In this document: one piece after another, positions 36,571-46,504 of the stretch
Numbering within the stretch: the stretch's first letter is position 1
How the letters are laid out: each line of letters starts with the position of its first letter
The notes under the pieces: generated by a model
Told to the model about the DNA's origin: nothing
Seen by the model: the letters and a program-made list of their open reading frames with translations, nothing else
Databases searched by the model: none
Sequence record: MH791398.1
Direction: 5' to 3' (one strand)
DNA length: 64,000 nucleotides
Program-made: the position numbers and the translations under genes

Positions 36571-38900
36571 TGGATATTACGTTTAATTGGATTAGTTACA
36601 AAAATATTATGTCGGTTGGTGCGGCTCCAATTCGTGTGCAACTCGACGAAAGCGCCAAGACCTTGGTTACTGGGTCTAATGGTGCCGGTAAATCAACGAT
36701 GATTGAAGCGCTGTCTTTCCTTATGTACGGTAAACCATACCGTAAGTTGAAGAAAGATCAGTTGATCAACCAGATCAATAAGAAAAACCTTCATACCGAG
36801 GGGGAGCTTACAATCGGCGGTAAAGTTGTTCATATCGAGCGCGGTATCAAACCGACAATTTTTAAGGTTACTGTTGATGGAGAACCAATCCCAGAAGCAG
36901 CAAGCGCAATTGAATATCAACGGATCCTTGAAGAAGATATTCTAAAAGTTTCCCATGAGAGCTTTAAACAGTTGATTGTTCTGGGTACTGCGGGTTATAC
37001 TCCCTTTATGGAACTGAAACCAGAACAACGCCGGACAATGGTCGAAGACCTTCTCAAATTGTCTGTTCTTGGTCAAATGAACAAGCTTAACAACGTAGAG
37101 CTAAAGCAAGTTAATACAGCTTATGATTTGGTTTCGGTTGAAATGACTGGTCTTGAGAATGAATATCGTTCTATAGAAAAGTCTATCGAAGAACAAAAAG
37201 TGTCTAACGAAGCTGCGATTAGTCAACAAACAGAACAGGTTAAAACTCTGGTTTCTCGTATTCATTCAGCAAAAGGTGAAATCGAGAAACTGAAAGGTTC
37301 TCTTGTTGATCTTGTTGAACCGGATTCGTCTGGTATTGATGAAATTGTTAAACGTATCGAACAGGAATACCTTGACTCCGGTCACGTTCTCCGTCTGTCT
37401 ATCGATAACACAAAACATCAGATCTCCTGTGTTGAGTCAAAATATGATGAACTGATTGAGAAGGCAAAAAATGAAGTTGTTGATGAATCATCTTTCTTGA
37501 ATGAAATCAAAGAGTTGGAATCCACTCTGATTGATGATAAGATCCTTGACGACCGAATCTCTGGTTTGAAATCTCAATCGTTTGAGGTTCCAAAACCGGA
37601 AGATAACCGAATCAAGATTGATGTTAGTCTGGGTGACCGTAAAACCGTTAAGTCCAGTCGTTTGTTCGAACTTGATTTTATTATCAAAGAGAAAACAAAG
37701 GCGCTTGAAAACTTCGCTGACGGAGTTTGTCCGACTTGTGGTACTGATGTTTCTGATGGTCACAGTCACGTCGACGCGATCCGCGATGAGCTGGAATCTG
37801 CTAAGTCTGAAAAAGAAAAGGTAGAATCTGAAATCTCTGAGATTACTGCATTGATTGATGCGGATAAAGCTGCTGTACGTGCATCAGAAGAAGAGTATGC
37901 GGTTTCTCTAACCGAGTGGTCTAACCAAGAGAAGGAATTCAACCAGTCGATTTCTGATGAGGTTTTGAAGGAACAACGTAAGGTATCAGAACATAATAGC
38001 GGTGTTCGAGAGAAGATTGGTGTTCTAAAAACTCGTCTTGAGACTATTTCCGGTGAGACAAAACGAAAGATCTCTTCTTTGGAAACTCAAAAATCAAATG
38101 AGATGATAGAACTCAAAACCAAACTGAGTGCTACACAATCCCAACTTGATCGGATTGACATCGATAAAGACCGTAAGATTACTGATTTGACGGCTGAACA
38201 TAACCGGAAAGTTGAGGATATTGCTCGTCAACGTGCGGTAATTGAATCTACCATCGCAGCAACAGAAAAATCTATTGCTGAAAATACCGAGATGGCTAAA
38301 TTCATCAAGGATAATATTGACAATCTAAAATCTAAGGTTTTCGAATCTCCGAGAATGGCGGAAGTCCAGTCTATCCTATCTGAAAAGGCAAAAGAGAACG
38401 AAGAACTTTTCAATCAGAAGTTTAGTTGTGGTATACTTAAGGACATGCTTAAAGATGATGCCATCAAGGGCGACATCGTTAAGAAATATATCCCTCTGTT
38501 TAACTCAAAGATTAACGAATACCTTGGTATTACTGGTGCTGATTATGTTTTCTCTCTGAATGAATCTTTCGAGGAAACTATCAAATCTCGTGGTCGTGAT
38601 GAGTTTACTTATATGTCATTCTCACAAGGTGAAAAAGCTCGTATCAATATCGCACTTCTGTTTACTTGGAGATATATCGCGTCGTTGGTTTCTGGGACAA
38701 ATATTTCCATGTTGATCCTTGATGAAATCTTTGATGGTGGTATGGATTCCGAAGGTGTATATGCGGTTAACCGTCTTCTCAATGAGATTGGAGGAAACAC
38801 CTTTATTATTTCCCACCGAGTAGAAAACCGTGACGATAGCTTCACATCGCATATGAAAATGACAAAGAAAGGTCGTTTCACTGTAATGGAAAGAGAATAA
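36570..38900 (+). CDS. 46: Recombination ATPase subunit (Rad50/SbcC-like), 776 aa
   Basis: YKNIMSVG, GSNGAGKS, hook CPTCG, signature FSQGEKARI, Walker B LILDEIFD. Confidence 0.95.
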   Translation: MDITFNWISYKNIMSVGAAPIRVQLDESAKTLVTGSNGAGKSTMIEALSFLMYGKPYRKLKKDQLINQINKKNLHTEGELTIGGKVVHIERGIKPTIFKVTVDGEPIPEAASAIEYQRILEEDILKVSHESFKQLIVLGTAGYTPFMELKPEQRRTMVEDLLKLSVLGQMNKLNNVELKQVNTAYDLVSVEMTGLENEYRSIEKSIEEQKVSNEAAISQQTEQVKTLVSRIHSAKGEIEKLKGSLVDLVEPDSSGIDEIVKRIEQEYLDSGHVLRLSIDNTKHQISCVESKYDELIEKAKNEVVDESSFLNEIKELESTLIDDKILDDRISGLKSQSFEVPKPEDNRIKIDVSLGDRKTVKSSRLFELDFIIKEKTKALENFADGVCPTCGTDVSDGHSHVDAIRDELESAKSEKEKVESEISEITALIDADKAAVRASEEEYAVSLTEWSNQEKEFNQSISDEVLKEQRKVSEHNSGVREKIGVLKTRLETISGETKRKISSLETQKSNEMIELKTKLSATQSQLDRIDIDKDRKITDLTAEHNRKVEDIARQRAVIESTIAATEKSIAENTEMAKFIKDNIDNLKSKVFESPRMAEVQSILSEKAKENEELFNQKFSCGILKDMLKDDAIKGDIVKKYIPLFNSKINEYLGITGADYVFSLNESFEETIKSRGRDEFTYMSFSQGEKARINIALLFTWRYIASLVSGTNISMLILDEIFDGGMDSEGVYAVNRLLNEIGGNTFIISHRVENRDDSFTSHMKMTKKGRFTVMERE

Positions 38901-39088
38901 TGTTTTACAATCTTCACGAAATGTACCCAGAATATAAGGACTTCTGGGTTCTTACTAATAAGGTCACGGATGACCCTATAGAGCTTGTTGTTACAATGCA
39001 GGATCTAGAAGAACGGTTCTCACCAGAAGAACTAACTAAAATTATAAACGGTTCCCATAAATTTTGGGATGCCTTCAAAAAATACTAA
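38900..39088 (+). CDS. 45.2: gp45.2-like protein
   Basis: Position between 46 and 45; FSPEELTKIING..FW. Confidence 0.6.
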   Translation: MFYNLHEMYPEYKDFWVLTNKVTDDPIELVVTMQDLEERFSPEELTKIINGSHKFWDAFKKY

Positions 39089-39111
39089 TCTGATTAAAAG
39101 GTAATGTCTCA

Positions 39112-39804
39112 ATGAAAATTAATAAGTCTACTATCGAAATTCTGAAATTGTTTTCTTCTATCAACCCATCTATCCTGATCCAGCCGGGTAATTATATCAA
39201 CACCCGCACCGCCGATGGTAATATCTACGCAGAAGCAACCGTAGAAGATACATTTGAACACAAAATCTGTCTCTATGCGATGGATCAACTCCTTGGTGTT
39301 ATTAATAACTTCAAGGGTGAAATGGAAATGACCGTCGATAACAAAGATGATGATCTGAAATTGAATCTCAAACATGAATCCGGGGCTAAAGCAACTCTGA
39401 TTATGAGTCAAGAAAGTCTGATTGTTTACCCGAAAAAGCCTATTGTATTCCCAGCGGCTCAAATTGAGTTTGATCTGAAAGCTGATGATATTTCCCGTCT
39501 TCAAGCAATGGGTAATACTCTTAAACTGAATATGTTGAAATTCATCAAAGAAGATGGTAAAATCGTAGCTCGCTTGTTTTATGTCGATAAATCCGGTGGT
39601 GTATCCGAGCAGGAAAGCAACCAGTTTGATGTGGTTATCGGTGAAACTGAATACGCTGGTGATTTCGATCTTCGTTTCGATATGAAACACCTTTCTTATC
39701 TTACCGGTGATACCTCAGTAAAATGTATCCGTGGTGCAGCACAATTTAAGTGTCCGCAAGTAACTTATGTAATTTCCATGAACAAAGCATCTACTTTGTC
39801 TTGA
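39112..39804 (+). CDS. 45: Sliding clamp
   Basis: MKINKSTIEILKLFSSINPSI..G, YAEA.V, IVYPKKPIVFP.A..EF.L. Confidence 0.93.
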   Translation: MKINKSTIEILKLFSSINPSILIQPGNYINTRTADGNIYAEATVEDTFEHKICLYAMDQLLGVINNFKGEMEMTVDNKDDDLKLNLKHESGAKATLIMSQESLIVYPKKPIVFPAAQIEFDLKADDISRLQAMGNTLKLNMLKFIKEDGKIVARLFYVDKSGGVSEQESNQFDVVIGETEYAGDFDLRFDMKHLSYLTGDTSVKCIRGAAQFKCPQVTYVISMNKASTLS

Positions 39805-39874
39805 TAGGTTTTCCCCCGTCTATAGGGCGGGGCTTTATGAATTTTTAGATAATGATATAAAAGAGGTTTTTGAT

Positions 39875-40855
39875 ATGTTGTCAGTTGATAATTCCCATCA
39901 CATGATGGAAATGAAATTTCGTCCCCAGTCCATTGCAGAATGTATTCTTCCCCGTCACGATATTGAGCGTTTTAATGGTCTGATTAAGCTTGGTCGGATC
40001 CCCCATCTTCTCCTTTGTTCTAAGTCCCCCGGTACTGGCAAAACAACCACCGCACTCGCACTAGCTAATGATGTAGATGCTGATGTTATGTTTATTTCGG
40101 GTGGTAATCTTCGGATTAATGACCTTCGGACTACTCTAACTGACTTCGCCAGCACCAGCACACGTAAGAAAGGCGGAAAAATTATCATCATCGATGAAGG
40201 TGATAACGATGATATGTCAGCAGTACAAAAAGAGCTTCGTAGTTGGATGGAAGCATATGGTGGTAACTGTACCATTATTATGACTTGTAACAATATCGAA
40301 AAGATTATTGATCCTCTTCGTAGCCGGTTCCGTATTTTTGAATTTGGTAAAGTGGTTGAAGAATCAGAAGAATTGGTCAAAGCTGACGAACTTCGTATGA
40401 TGAAAGAAATGATTGTTCGCTGCTTTGCAATCTGTAAAGAAGAAGGAATCGAAATTCGGGATAAAAATTCTATTGCTGCTTTGGTTAAAAAGAATTTTCC
40501 AAACTTCCGAACCACTATTACAGAGATGAACAAGTATGCTGCTTGTGGTTATATTGATGAAGGTGTACTGACTTCTGTAAATCGTTCTACAAAAGAAATG
40601 GAAAAACTTTTCGAGCTTATTAAAGCCAAAAAAGTTCAAGAAATTCGCCAACTGGTTCCTAACTTCTCTAGTGACTATGTGAATTTTGTAAACGCATTTT
40701 ATGAGCGAGCAACTACCCAAGTTACCGGACAGTCTTATCGTATGATGATTAAGATCCTTGCTGAATTCCAGAAATTTGCAAGCACTGTGCCAAATATGGA
40801 AATTCATCTTATGGATATGTTGTCTGATATGGCATGTGAGGTTAACTGGAAATGA
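39875..40855 (+). CDS. 44: Clamp loader large subunit
   Basis: KFRPQSIAECILP, SKSPGTGKTT, IIDEGD, LRSWMEAY, DPLRSR. Confidence 0.96.
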   Translation: MLSVDNSHHMMEMKFRPQSIAECILPRHDIERFNGLIKLGRIPHLLLCSKSPGTGKTTTALALANDVDADVMFISGGNLRINDLRTTLTDFASTSTRKKGGKIIIIDEGDNDDMSAVQKELRSWMEAYGGNCTIIMTCNNIEKIIDPLRSRFRIFEFGKVVEESEELVKADELRMMKEMIVRCFAICKEEGIEIRDKNSIAALVKKNFPNFRTTITEMNKYAACGYIDEGVLTSVNRSTKEMEKLFELIKAKKVQEIRQLVPNFSSDYVNFVNAFYERATTQVTGQSYRMMIKILAEFQKFASTVPNMEIHLMDMLSDMACEVNWK

Positions 40856-41430
40856 GTTTAGACTTCCTTGGGCTAGAAACCCCGAATGAACACCGTTTAG
40901 CATGGGATAATAAGGATTGGGATAAAGTCAAGGAACTCTGTAACGAGTTTAAGGTTGATAAAGACAAAAGCTTATTCGAGATAATTAAAAATGTAACCCA
41001 GAAAACGGGTTACAAAAATGTCAGGGAATTTGCAGATTACGATCAGTTCATGATAAACATGATGATATCCCAACACGCACATATGGTTGGTTATGCTTCC
41101 GAGCTTAACCAGTGGGCTGGTTGCATCACGGATCAAATGCATTATGATTATCTGTATCACACCGTAGTTAAATGTCAGTTACCTTTTATGAAGGCTGCTA
41201 AAGCTAGTAACGACTGGGATTATATCCTCATCGTAAAACTCCTAGCTCGTCACTACAGCGTATCCGATTCCAAGGCTAAGGACTTCATCGAACTTCATGA
41301 TGAAACGCAACTGAGAGCGATTAAGAAGCTTTACAAGGGTATTGTTACTTCACCCGATTGTGATTTTTTGAAGTTTGCACCAAATAAAACAGAAAGAACC
41401 CGCCTATATGGCGTGGTCAAGAAATGGTAA
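40852..41430 (+). CDS. 62: Clamp loader small subunit
   Basis: MSL-acidic N-terminus, LAW..KDW.KV.EL..EFK, Y.QFMI..MISQH, QMHYDYL. Confidence 0.9.
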   Translation: MSLDFLGLETPNEHRLAWDNKDWDKVKELCNEFKVDKDKSLFEIIKNVTQKTGYKNVREFADYDQFMINMMISQHAHMVGYASELNQWAGCITDQMHYDYLYHTVVKCQLPFMKAAKASNDWDYILIVKLLARHYSVSDSKAKDFIELHDETQLRAIKKLYKGIVTSPDCDFLKFAPNKTERTRLYGVVKKW

Positions 41431-41434
41431 AAAT

Positions 41435-41797
41435 ATGATTCGTATCGGTATTCAGGAAGCAACAGACTTCCTTTCAATTCAAGAAACCTTAACCCGCATC
41501 GGTATTGCAAACCGAGAACAAAAAAAGTTGTGGCAAAGTTGTCACATTGTTAGAAAACATGGTTTCTATTATATTGCTCACTTCAAAGAGCTATTGCGTC
41601 GGGATGGGCTTGATGTTGTGATCTCACAAGAGGACATTGACCGTCGTGACGACATTACATCTCTTTTAGAAGATTGGGGTTTGTGCTCTATCATAGACCT
41701 AATCAATCCACCAAAAGTTTATGAATTTCACATTATCCAACATAAAGATAAACCAGATTGGACCTTAAAAAGTAAGTATATTTTCAAGAAAAGTTAA
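41435..41797 (+). CDS. regA: Translational repressor RegA
   Basis: DFL.I.ETLTRIGIAN..K.LWQSCHI....YYIAHFKELL.RDG..D..RR..I..LL.DWGL. Confidence 0.95.
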   Translation: MIRIGIQEATDFLSIQETLTRIGIANREQKKLWQSCHIVRKHGFYYIAHFKELLRRDGLDVVISQEDIDRRDDITSLLEDWGLCSIIDLINPPKVYEFHIIQHKDKPDWTLKSKYIFKKS

Positions 41798-41803
41798 ACC
41801 ATC

Positions 41804-41829
41804 TATGGGGATCTGATAAGATCCCCGTA
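41804..41829 (+). promoter_or_regulatory. Hairpin just 5' of the gene 43A SD, candidate autogenous translational operator
   Basis: ATGGGGATCT-GATA-AGATCCCCGT with no U-tract, directly before TAAGAGGA; same position as the T4 gene 43 operator. Confidence 0.5.
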
Positions 41830-41845
41830 TCTATAAGAGGATTAT

Positions 41846-43369
41846 GTGATGAATTTTTATACAAGTGTTTGGCTAGATGGAAATACCATTTACGACCGAT
41901 ATTTCGATGATAACGGTAATGATAAGATCCGAAAGGTTAGATATGAACCAACTATGTATCGTCATGTTGGTGACCATATTGATACTCCATATCGGGATAT
42001 TTTCGGTAAGCGTTGTTTGCCTAAGAAACTAGATTCTGTTAGCGAAGCTAGGAAATGGTTTAAAGATATGCAGTCTATGGGGAAAGACGTATTGGGTATG
42101 GATAATTACACATTCCAATATATCTCTGATACTTACGGCTCTAATGTGTATTATGATTATACATATCTTGATATTATGTTTTTGGATATCGAGGTCCCAA
42201 CTGATGGACCTTTCCCACAAGCAGAAGAAACGAAGTATGAAATAGATACCATTCAGATCTATAGTACCAAATCAAAAAAATATTATATCTGGACTATTCG
42301 TGAATGGGATGCATGTAAATCTATTCTGGATAAGAAGGTTCTTGACGACGTTGAATATGTTTTGTGTGGGTCTGAAAAAGAAATCCTGATTAAGTTCATG
42401 CACTTTTTCTGTACGAATACACCCCATTATCTTAGTGGGTGGAATAGTGAGTTTTTTGATATTCCCTATATCATGGGTCGTATTAAAAAAGTCCTTGGTG
42501 AAAAATTTATCCATAAACTGAGTCCATTTGGTGAGACTACAGAGATCACCCAAAAGGATGACAACGACGAAGATTACACCACCTACACTATCCAAGGTGT
42601 AAACTGTGTTGACTTCATGGCAGCATATAAGAAGTTTACTTTTACCACACGACCAAACTATAAACTAGATACGATTGCGGAAGCAGAACTTAAAACAAAT
42701 AAAGTCGAAATGACTTATAAAACCTACTTGATGTTTGCTGAAAAGGATCCACAGACTTATATCGATTACTCTATTCGAGACGTTGAAATTATCAAACGAC
42801 TGGAAGAAACATTGAGTTTGATATTCCTGATTGCGTCTGTATCCTATTATGCGAGTATCAACGCACCAGACGTATTCAGTCCGTTGAAAACTTGGGATGC
42901 TATCATTTATAACAGCCTCCTTGCCAATAACGTAATTATCCCTGAAAACAAACATGCCCAACGGTCTAAGTTCGCTGGCGCATATGTTAAGGACCCGATT
43001 CCGGGGTTGTATGAGTGGCTTATTTCGTTTGACTTGACTTCCCTTTATCCACACGAAATCATGGGTAAGAATATCTCTCCCGAGACTTTGGTTGATCAGG
43101 TTGATTTCCCTCGCATCTTGGTTAAAGACCGTATGGTTCCTGATATCGAGGGGATGGGTTTGGTTAACAAGACGTTTGATGTTCCTCATGAAGGTAAATA
43201 TTCCGTCGCCCCAAATGGTGTTCGTTATAGAAATGACAAACGCGGTTTCCTTCCTATTGAAGTTGAGAAGGTGTTTGTCCAACGGAAACAAGCCAAGACC
43301 GAAGAGTTTAAAGCTGATGCCCTTGCAACTAGAGCTGCTGCGATCTTGGCAAAGAGGAATGATAAATGA
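41846..43369 (+). CDS. 43A: DNA polymerase N-terminal subunit (exonuclease, palm A)
   Basis: Exo I DIEV, Exo II GWNSEFFD, Exo III YSIRDV, motif A SFDLTSLYP; stops in the fingers domain. Confidence 0.95.
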   Translation: MMNFYTSVWLDGNTIYDRYFDDNGNDKIRKVRYEPTMYRHVGDHIDTPYRDIFGKRCLPKKLDSVSEARKWFKDMQSMGKDVLGMDNYTFQYISDTYGSNVYYDYTYLDIMFLDIEVPTDGPFPQAEETKYEIDTIQIYSTKSKKYYIWTIREWDACKSILDKKVLDDVEYVLCGSEKEILIKFMHFFCTNTPHYLSGWNSEFFDIPYIMGRIKKVLGEKFIHKLSPFGETTEITQKDDNDEDYTTYTIQGVNCVDFMAAYKKFTFTTRPNYKLDTIAEAELKTNKVEMTYKTYLMFAEKDPQTYIDYSIRDVEIIKRLEETLSLIFLIASVSYYASINAPDVFSPLKTWDAIIYNSLLANNVIIPENKHAQRSKFAGAYVKDPIPGLYEWLISFDLTSLYPHEIMGKNISPETLVDQVDFPRILVKDRMVPDIEGMGLVNKTFDVPHEGKYSVAPNGVRYRNDKRGFLPIEVEKVFVQRKQAKTEEFKADALATRAAAILAKRNDK

Positions 43370-44541
43370 ATCTAGATTATACCGATGAACAATTGGAAAA
43401 TATGACAGACGATGAGCTGAAAAAGCTCATCTCTGACTGTCGGAAATATGAGAAAGTATGTAACGTAACCCAACAAGCAAAAAAGGTATTGATCAACTCT
43501 CTTTATGGGTCTTTGGGTCATCCTGTGGGTCGTTATTATGATCTACGAATGGCAGAATCAATTACGATGGGTGGTCAGTTATCCATTAAATGGATTGCCA
43601 GAAAAACGAACGAGTATTTCAATAAGCTGTGTAACACAGAAGACGTAGATTACGTTATCTATTGTGATACCGACTCTCAATATGTTTGTGTTGAAAACTT
43701 CGTTAAAATGATGGCAGACAAGAAAGGCGTTAAGATTGAGGATGTTGAACCTATTAAATGGGTTGATATGCTTGATAAGTTCGCAAAGAATATGGTCGAG
43801 CCATATATCGATGAATGTTATCGCGAACTGAAAGATTACATGAACTATTTCGACCATAAATTGTTCATGGACCGTGAAGTAATCGCAACTCGTGGGTTCT
43901 GGACCGCTAAGAAACGATATGCTCTATCTGTGTGGGATAACGAAGGTAAGAGAAAGCTAGACTCTCATGGTAATGTAGTTCCAAAGCTCAAGATTATGGG
44001 TATCGAGACACGCCGTAGCAGTACACCACCTTTTGCGTCAGAATGTCTTGAAAAAGCGATTGACATCATTTTGACTGAGAATGAAACAAATCTCCATGCT
44101 CACGTTGACAAGGTAAAGGGTGAATATCCAAAACAGGATTATCGTAAGATTGCACAAGTAAGTAGCGCAAATAATATTGAAAAGAACTCAGACGAATTTT
44201 TCAATCATAAATCTGGTTGTCCCGGTCACGTTAAAGCAGCTATTAACTACAACAAGATTTGTGATCAGTTGAAATCAGTATCCTATGTTGACCCAATCCG
44301 TTCTGGTGAAAAAATTCAGTATGCGATGTTGAAGGTCCCGAATAAATATCATATCGAAACTATTGCTTGGCCTTCCGGTGATAAGATCCCAGACGAATTC
44401 GGAATTAATCCGGAAAAAGATATTGATTTCGTTGGTATGTATTGTAAACACTTCCAAAAGCCGCTTGGTAATATCTGCGATGCTATTGGGTGGAAACAAG
44501 AAAGCCCCGCGAATTTTTCTCTGGATGACTTGTTTGGTTAA
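43366..44541 (+). CDS. 43B: DNA polymerase C-terminal subunit
   Basis: Motif B QQAKKVLINSLYG, motif C YCDTDS, KKRYAL, clamp peptide SLDDLFG; own SD and ATGA overlap. Confidence 0.95.
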   Translation: MNLDYTDEQLENMTDDELKKLISDCRKYEKVCNVTQQAKKVLINSLYGSLGHPVGRYYDLRMAESITMGGQLSIKWIARKTNEYFNKLCNTEDVDYVIYCDTDSQYVCVENFVKMMADKKGVKIEDVEPIKWVDMLDKFAKNMVEPYIDECYRELKDYMNYFDHKLFMDREVIATRGFWTAKKRYALSVWDNEGKRKLDSHGNVVPKLKIMGIETRRSSTPPFASECLEKAIDIILTENETNLHAHVDKVKGEYPKQDYRKIAQVSSANNIEKNSDEFFNHKSGCPGHVKAAINYNKICDQLKSVSYVDPIRSGEKIQYAMLKVPNKYHIETIAWPSGDKIPDEFGINPEKDIDFVGMYCKHFQKPLGNICDAIGWKQESPANFSLDDLFG

Positions 44542-44606
44542 AAACAAAAATTAAATGGAGAGGTTATTGATGATATAATCTCTCCATAATCAAAAAGGAA
44601 AATAAA

Positions 44607-45017
44607 ATGCCAGAACAAAAAAGTAAGTATCATGATATTTTGGTTGCAGGTGACCATTACAAAAAGGTAAAAGAACATATAAATATAGATATTTCGGATA
44701 CAATACGAGATAAGTGTTTCACCCAAGAATTTATCGACCAACCGAATTATTCAGATGATATGGTTGAGCTTGTTAGTAGGGTGGTGGAAAATTCCATTAA
44801 TAAAGAACTTATATCTAGGTTCGCCATCAAAGTCAATTCAGATAGAGATGTGATTAAAATCGAGTTTGAAGCTCCATTTAAAGGTTCGAGTGAGTTTAAA
44901 TCCATCTTCCTTACAAGAGATTCGACATATATCCGCCTTTCTGGATTAAAACATTTACCAGAAGATATAAAGACGAAAAGAAAGAACCATGAGATTTTAG
45001 AAAAAGAATTTAAATAA
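44607..45017 (+). CDS. Hypothetical protein (136 aa) at the T4 gene 42/b-gt locus
   Basis: ORF with SD AAGGA and TGnTATAAT upstream. Confidence 0.65.
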   Translation: MPEQKSKYHDILVAGDHYKKVKEHINIDISDTIRDKCFTQEFIDQPNYSDDMVELVSRVVENSINKELISRFAIKVNSDRDVIKIEFEAPFKGSSEFKSIFLTRDSTYIRLSGLKHLPEDIKTKRKNHEILEKEFK

Positions 45018-45043
45018 TTAAATATTAATATAGGAAAATTAAA

Positions 45044-46153
45044 ATGGCTAAAAAAGCAAAAACGGTTAATACTGGTGCCCTTCTGGAACGTCTGTCTGGT
45101 ACTTCCTCAAATAAAATGAGTTCTATGCTATCCGATAGCGTTTTCTTTAACGACAAGGATGTAATCCGGACTCGTGTCCCGATCATTAACCTGATGTTGA
45201 GTGGTCATCTTGATGGTGGTTTGAAGCCGGGTCTAACTTGTATTGCCGGACCGTCTAAACACTTTAAATCTAACCTGAGTTTGGTTCTGGTTTCTGCTTA
45301 TCTTCGTAAGTATCCGGATGCAGTTTGTCTGTTCTTTGATAATGAATTCGGTTCTACTCCTGATTATTTTACTTCTCAAGGTGTAGATATTGACCGGGTT
45401 GTACATTGTCCGTTTATTGACGTAGAAGAACTTAAATTCGATATCGTTAAGAAACTGGAAGCAGTCAAACGTGGTGATAAGGTTATTATCTATATTGACT
45501 CTATCGGTAACGTTGCTTCTAAGAAAGAACTTGAAGATGCGAAGAATGAAAAGTCTGCACAGGATATGACCCGAGCAAAGCAGATCAAGAGTCTGTTCCG
45601 TATGGTTACCCCTTACCTGACTGTTAATGACATCCCGTGTATTGCTGTAAACCACACATACGAAACCCAAGAGATGTACAGCAAAACTGTTATGAGTGGC
45701 GGCACCGGACCGATGTATTCCGCTGACACCGTTATCATTCTTGGTAAGCAACAGGACAAAGATGGCAAAGAGCTGTTGGGTTATAACTTTGTGATGAATG
45801 CGGAAAAGAGTCGCACTATCAAAGAAAAATCCAAATTGGACTTGCAAGTTTCCTTCCAAGGTGGTATTAATACATACTCAGGTTTGCTAAAGATTGCACA
45901 AGAACTTGGTTTTGTTACCAAACCACAAAACGCACGTTATCAGCGCAATTATCTCGACCTCGAAACTGGTGAGATGTATCTGATCACCGATGATGAAAAG
46001 AAATGGACAGAAGAGGATTCCAACTCTCTGGAATTCTGGAAACCTATGTTTTCTCACAAGCCTTTTATGGATGCTGTGTCTGATGCATACAAACTGAAAG
46101 CAGTTGAAGTATCTCAGGAAGTGTTTGATGAAGTTGACCAGTTGTTCGGTTAA
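45044..46153 (+). CDS. uvsX: UvsX RecA-like recombinase
   Basis: IAGPSKHFKS, FFDNEFG, IDSIGN.ASKKE, DMTRAK, MSGGTG.MYSAD. Confidence 0.97.
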   Translation: MAKKAKTVNTGALLERLSGTSSNKMSSMLSDSVFFNDKDVIRTRVPIINLMLSGHLDGGLKPGLTCIAGPSKHFKSNLSLVLVSAYLRKYPDAVCLFFDNEFGSTPDYFTSQGVDIDRVVHCPFIDVEELKFDIVKKLEAVKRGDKVIIYIDSIGNVASKKELEDAKNEKSAQDMTRAKQIKSLFRMVTPYLTVNDIPCIAVNHTYETQEMYSKTVMSGGTGPMYSADTVIILGKQQDKDGKELLGYNFVMNAEKSRTIKEKSKLDLQVSFQGGINTYSGLLKIAQELGFVTKPQNARYQRNYLDLETGEMYLITDDEKKWTEEDSNSLEFWKPMFSHKPFMDAVSDAYKLKAVEVSQEVFDEVDQLFG

Positions 46154-46164
46154 TAAATCAAACC

Positions 46165-46193
46165 CTAAATAATACGACCTAGGAAACTAGGTC
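46165..46193 (+). promoter_or_regulatory. Late promoter CTAAATA and 5' GAAA-tetraloop hairpin for gene 40
   Basis: CCCTAAATA then GACCTAG-GAAA-CTAGGTC. Confidence 0.65.
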
Positions 46194-46212
46194 TATTTCT
46201 TACAGGTAATAT

Positions 46213-46503
46213 ATGGAAGAAATAAACGAAGATACCTATAAAGATGTAATCAATGACGCATTAAAGAATGTACAAACAGAATTGGTTATCCGGATTGATA
46301 GTGAGAATTTTCTTGTGTTTATCAACGATATACAGTATCATGATGGGAAGGTTGTATTAGATTGGAGTACTCCACACGAAGACATGAAGGAAGAACTATA
46401 CCCACATGTTAAAAATGCAGTACAAGCCATGTATAACCAAGCCAATGTCGAGATTGAAAAATCTTTCTTTGGGCGTTTTCTTGATCTTTTCAAAAGGAAA
46501 TAA
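46213..46503 (+). CDS. 40: Head vertex assembly chaperone
   Basis: After uvsX; L..V.TELVI....V.I..I....KV.LDWST....KEELYPHV..AV. Confidence 0.8.
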   Translation: MEEINEDTYKDVINDALKNVQTELVIRIDSENFLVFINDIQYHDGKVVLDWSTPHEDMKEELYPHVKNAVQAMYNQANVEIEKSFFGRFLDLFKRK

Positions 46504-46504
46504 A

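Noticed and set aside
43360-43375. 43A/43B break as a sequencing frameshift
   Set aside because: Dedicated SD, ATGA coupling and a break at the known fingers-tip split site favour a real split
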